The notes under the pieces were generated by a model. That model made no database searches. It saw only the letters and a list, made by a program, of their open reading frames with translations, and was not told the origin of the DNA. Made by a program: the position numbers and the translations under genes. A stretch of 64,000 nucleotides of DNA from positions 1 to 64,000 of the forward strand of contig CAXBME010000003.1 of the NCBI GenBank assembly GCA_963976765.1, written 5' to 3'. This stretch comes from an uncultured Planctomycetaceae bacterium. Lineage in GTDB: Bacteria > Planctomycetota > Planctomycetia > Planctomycetales > Planctomycetaceae. Below, piece by piece: positions 15,001-21,000 of this stretch; positions within the stretch are counted from its first letter, which is position 1; the number at the start of each line of letters is the position of its first letter.

Positions 15001-18000
15001 CCGGAAGGTGCGTTTGTTGATCTCAACATCGGTAGCCGTGAACTGATCACCGGAACCCAGCGATTTGTCATCAGCTATGCTCGCGGAACGGGTAACGATG
15101 TCACACTGCGACCGGCAGCGGCAATCAGTGGCCGAGTCTTCAACGACGTAAACTACGACGGCGTCGACAACGAGCTGATGAACGGTGTCGGCAATGCAAC
15201 GGTTCGGCTGATCGCTCAGAACGGAACGACGGTCGTCCGCACCACGACCAGCTCGACCGACGGCAGCTACAGTTTCACGGGGCTGATACCCGGAGCCTAC
15301 TTCGTCGAGTTCGTCGCCCCGACCGGATTCCACTTCACGTTCCGGGACGTCGGAGGCAACGACACCATCGACAGCGACGCCAATCGATTCACGGGTCGAA
15401 CCACGCTGTTGACGGCCTCAACGTCGGGGCAATTAATCAACGACGTCGACGCCGGAATTAAAGCTTCCGAAATCAGCATCAACAACGTCCAGAAATCCGA
15501 AGGTCTGTTTGGGCAGCAGACGGCTTACACGTTTACCGTTTCGTTGTCGGGAATCGCCCGACAGGTCACCACCGTTAACTTTGCAACGGCCAATGGGACA
15601 GCAACGGTTGCCAACAATGATTACACGGCCAAGTCTGGCACAGTCACTTTCGCAGTTGGCCAGCAGACTCGAACAGTCACTGTTCTGGTAACTGGCGACA
15701 ACGCTATCGAAGGCGACGAAAACTTCTTCGTCAATCTTTCAAACGCGGTGAACGCGTCCATCGTGACGCCTCAGGGTATCGGAACAATTCTCAACGACGA
15801 CACGGTCGTTCCGAACATCGCAATTACCGACGTGTCACGAAACGAAGGCAACGCTCCGGAGTCCACCGAATTCGAATTCACGGTCTCGCTGAACTTCGCC
15901 TCGACTGAGACAATCACTGTAGATTTCGCGACAGTCGACGGTGCCGCCACTGTGGCGGGAAGCGACTATCTTGCCAGCAGCGGAACCATCACCTTCCTGC
16001 CTGGCGAGACCGAAGCAACATTCGCAATCACCGTCAACGGCGACGATGACATTGAAGACTCTGAAGACTTTTCCGTTCGCCTTACCAACGTCACCGGCAA
16101 CGCGGCGATCACAGACGACACCGGAGTCGCCACGATCGTCAACGACGATTTCGCAGAACGCCAGCTGTCGATCACCGATGTAACGGTCGAAGAAGGTGGA
16201 GTCGGAGCACGGACCAATCTGCTGTTCAAAGTCCGACTTTCCGCCGTGGCTCTGGTCGAAACAAAAGTCGACTTCAGTCTTGAAGATGACGACGCACTGG
16301 CCGGATTCGATTTCGAATCGGTCAGCGGAACACTCACATTCCTGCCCGATGACTTCGAAAAAACAATCGTCGTCACGGCACTGGGCGATTTCGACGTCGA
16401 GAACGACGAACAGTTCTTCGTGAACCTGTCCAACGCAATTGGTGCCTCAATCAGTGACAGCCAGGGAATTGGCACGATTCTGAATGATGACCAGCCGCTG
16501 CAGGACATTTCGATTGCCGATGTCTCGGTCGCCGAAGGCTCGTCCGGCAGCACAACTCGAGTTCAGGTAACGGTCAGCCTGAGCGGTCCCAGTGCTACTC
16601 CCGTCAGCGTCGACTTTTCCACAGCTGACGGAACAGCCATCGCCGGACAGGACTACACGCTGCGAACAGGAACCGTCACGTTTGCCCCCGGTGAAATCAA
16701 CCGAACGATCGGCCTGGACGTCCTTGGCGATGCAACCGTCGAATCGAACGAGCGGTTCTTCATCAACCTCTTTAACCCGGTCAATGGCACAATCGTCGAT
16801 AACCAGAGCACGTTCACCATCCGAAACGATGACGCCGTGATTCCCAACGTGACGGTTAGCGACGTTACAATTGCGGAAGGAGCACTGGGCGAACGAACCC
16901 GAGTTGATTTCAGCGTTCAGCTTTCTGGCCCAACCACACAACCCGTCTCGGTCAACTTCAACACGATGGACGGTACGGCTCGGCTGTCAGAAGGCGATTA
17001 CGAAGCACAGCAGGGAACGCTGACCTTTACCCCAGGCGATACACAACGAATCGTCACCGTGATCTTTAACGGCGACTTCGATGTTGAAGGAGACGAGTTC
17101 CTCTTCCTGAACCTCAGCAACCCAGTCGGAGCCAACATCCTTGACGGCCAGGGCCGAGCACTCGTCATTAACGATGACGCCGCCATCCCGAACATCTCAA
17201 TCAGCAACACACAAGTCATTGAAGGATCAACTGGCGAGCGAACTCCGGCCATCTTCGAAATCACGCTATCTGGCCCGACAACTCAGGACGTCACTTTCGA
17301 TTTTGCCACCGGTTTTGCATCAGCCATTTCAACCACAGACGTATCGGCAGCAGCCGCAACGGCAGCAGCAGTCGGTGCCACTTCCTCAACAGTTGCAGAT
17401 TTCGAAGCAGCTTCCGGCACTGTCGTGATTCCTGCCGGTGAAACTTCGGCTTTTGTATCCGTGGTTGTCCTCGGCGATGCCGATGTTGAAGCGGACGAAT
17501 TCTTCTTCCTGAACCTGTCAAATGCCACAGGCGGCGTTTTGATCGACGACCAGGGTGAAGCATCAATCCTTAACGACGACCTCGACGTCCAGGCTTTGTC
17601 CGTTTCTGACGTTACAAAACTCGAAGGCCTCGCCGGAGTTCGTACTTCTTACCGATTTACCGTGTCGCTGACTGGGCCTTCCAGCGCCCCCGTCACCGTT
17701 GACTTCGCCACCGCCGACGGTTCCGCAACGGCAGCCAGCGGTGACTACGACTCGACTGTCGGATCACTGATCTTCGCACCAGGCGAGACGTCCAAAGAAG
17801 TCATCGTCACGGTCAATGGCGACATCGCCAACGAAGCCAACGAACAATTCTTTCTGAACCTGTCGAACGTAATCGGAGCAACCGTTGAAGACGGCCAGGG
17901 GCTGGGAGTTATCACTAATGACGACAGTCCTGTTCCATCGTTGACCATCGACGACGTCTCAAAAACAGAAGGCGATGCTGGAGCCCGTAATCAGTTCAAC

Positions 18001-21000
18001 TTTGTCCTGCGTCTCAGCAACGCTGCCGAAGGACCGGTTACCGTCCAGGCAACGACCGTCGCGGGAACGGCGACATCCGGCGTCGACTTTGAAGCGACGA
18101 CAACCACAGTCACATTCGCAGCCGGCGAGACGATCGCGACGGTCACCGTCCCTGTCCTGGGCGATTTCACCGACGAAGCCAGCGAAACGTTCTTCGTCAA
18201 TCTGTCAGGAATCAGTGGTGCAACACTCGATGACGATCAGGGGCGAGGCACCATTCGCAACGATGATTCGCCAATCCCGAACATTAACGTCAACAACGCC
18301 TTTGTTGAAGAAGGCATTGCCGGGCAACGACCACAGATCGCCTTTATCGTCAGTCTCTCTGGACCGTCGTCCGTTCCGGTTGAAGTCGATTTCTCGACGA
18401 TGGGCGCTACGGCGACCAGCGGAATCGATTTCGAAGCCCTCTCCGGCACGCTGCGGTTCGAACCGGGCGAAGAAACCAAGGCCGTTCGAGTCACTATTCT
18501 CGGCGACCTGGACGTCGAAGCCGACGAAATGCTGTTCCTGAATCTGGACAATCCGGTCAACGGGATTCTTGACGACGACCAGGCCATTGGAACGATCAAT
18601 AACGACGACGCGGTGCCAACGCTGGCCATCGGCGATGTGTCAAAAGTTGAAGGCAGCTCCGGACAGCGAACACAGTTTATCTTCGACGTCGTCCTGACCG
18701 GATTTTCCAGCAACCCCGTGACTGTTGACTTTGCTTCGGCTGATGGAACTGCAACTTTCGCCGGACTGGACTACACCACTGTCAATGGTTCGTTGAGCTT
18801 CCTGCCAGGCGAGACTCTCAAACAAATCGTCGTCAATGTTTCGGGTGACTCTGCCATCGAAACGGACGAGTTTTTCTTTATTAACCTCTCAAACGCCGTC
18901 GGAGCTGAAGTTATCGCCAACCAGGGAACTGGCACAATCAGAAACGACGACGCTGCCGTTCCACTTCTTCGTATTGACGATTTCTCGGCAGACGAAGGAA
19001 TTTCGGGAGCTCGGACACAATTCAATTTCAACGTCACTCTGTCAGCAGCCAGCAATCAGACTCTCACCGTCGATTACTCAACGGCAGCCGGCACGGCGAC
19101 AAGCGGAGTCGACTTTGTCGCGCTGGACGAAACGCTGACGTTCCTGCCTGGCGAAACGACACAGACGATTACGGTCAGCGTGCTCGGCGACACCGCCTTC
19201 GAAAGCCTCGAAACCTTCTTCGTCAATCTTTCCAACCCGCAAGGTCTGGAAATCGCCGACGACCAGGCCATTGGACGCATCGTCAACGACGACAGCCCAA
19301 CGCCACTGCTCAGTGTGTCAAACGCTCAAACGGAAGAAGGCATCAGCGGCGAACGCCCATCCGTCACGTTCAACCTGACACTATCCAGTCCGCCGACCGA
19401 GCTAATCACTGTTGATTACGCCACGGGGGATGGTACCGCCTCGTCGACAGACCTCGATTACCTTTCCACGAACGGAACCATCACCTTCCTGCCTGGACAA
19501 CAGACGGCTTCGGTAACGATCACCGTTCTCGGCGACTCAAACGTCGAAACCAACGAAACCTTCTTCCTCAACCTTGGTAATCTGACCGGCAATGCCGTCT
19601 TCCAGAACGATCAGGGGACCGGCCTCATCTTGAACGACGATGTACTCCGACCGGGCATCACCATCAGCGACGCCGTCCAGGAAGAAGGCGTCTCGTCTCA
19701 ACGAACCCGGTTCACGTTTGACGTTTCATTGTCGACTCCGGCCACGACCGCGACCGGCCCGATCGAAGTTCGCTATCAGACAGCCAACGGTTCGGCGATT
19801 GGGGCAGCCGCTGGAGTCGTCGATGCGGCCGGCAATCCGATTGTGAATCCAAATGCCGACTACGAATCCAGAACCGGCATTCTCACCTTTCAGCCAGGCG
19901 AACAGACAAAACAGATCGTTGTCATCGTTCTGGGCGACTCACGAATTGAAGCGGACGAGACATTCTTCGTGAACCTGACGTCTTCGAGTACCAACGCAGA
20001 AATCGTCGATGATCAGGCTCTCGCGACGGTATTCAATGATGACTTCCCGCTGCCGGGAGTCAGTATCAGCAATGCAACGGTGGTTGAAGGCACCGCTGGA
20101 CAACGAACCATCGTCGACGTCGAGCTTGCGTTGTCGGCACCATCGGCGACGTCCATTTTTGTCGACTTCCAGACAGCCAACGGTACGGCCACGATCGCGG
20201 GACAGGACTACCAGGCAGCTAACGGTGCCGTCGAGTTTATGCCGACCGAAATCGTCAAGACAGTCCGGCTCATCGTGCTCGGCGATAACGTCGAAGAAGC
20301 TGCGGAAACATTCTTCCTGAACCTGACTGGTGTCTCGCCGAATGCTCAAATCGTTGACGATCAGGCCAGCATTACGATCCAGAATGATGATCTGATGCAG
20401 GTCACGCCGGACATCTCCATCTCCGATGTTCAGCTGAAGGAGGGAAATGATCGGGCACTTCCTGAATTCCAGTTTGTCGTGACGCTCTCGGCGGTTGCCA
20501 CAACCAACGTCACTGTCGACTACTCAACAGCTCAGGGTACTGCCAACACTTCCGACTTCATCGCCAAAAGCGGCACACTTACCTTCCAGCCTGGAGAGAC
20601 ATCAAAGACTGTCGACATCGAAGTGCGTGGCGACGAGATCGTTGAAACTGATGAAACCTTCTTCGTCAACCTCAACAACGCTGTCGGAGGTGTCATTACC
20701 GACGCTCAAGGACGAGGGACCATTACCAACGACGATGTCGCGATGCTGCCAGGTATCCGGATCGACGACGTTGCGTTTGAAGAAGGCAGCACCGACGAGA
20801 TCACCGAATTTACGTTTACCGTCGCGTTGACTGGTGTCTTCGATCAAGCCGTCGAAGTCAGCTACTTTACCTCGCAGTTCTCAGCGTCAAGCAACGTGGA
20901 CGACCGAGACTTCTTCCGTATCAGTAACCTCGCCGATCCCGATTCAATCAGCAAACTGACGTTCGAACCGGGAGAGACGACTCAGACGATCACCGTTCAG

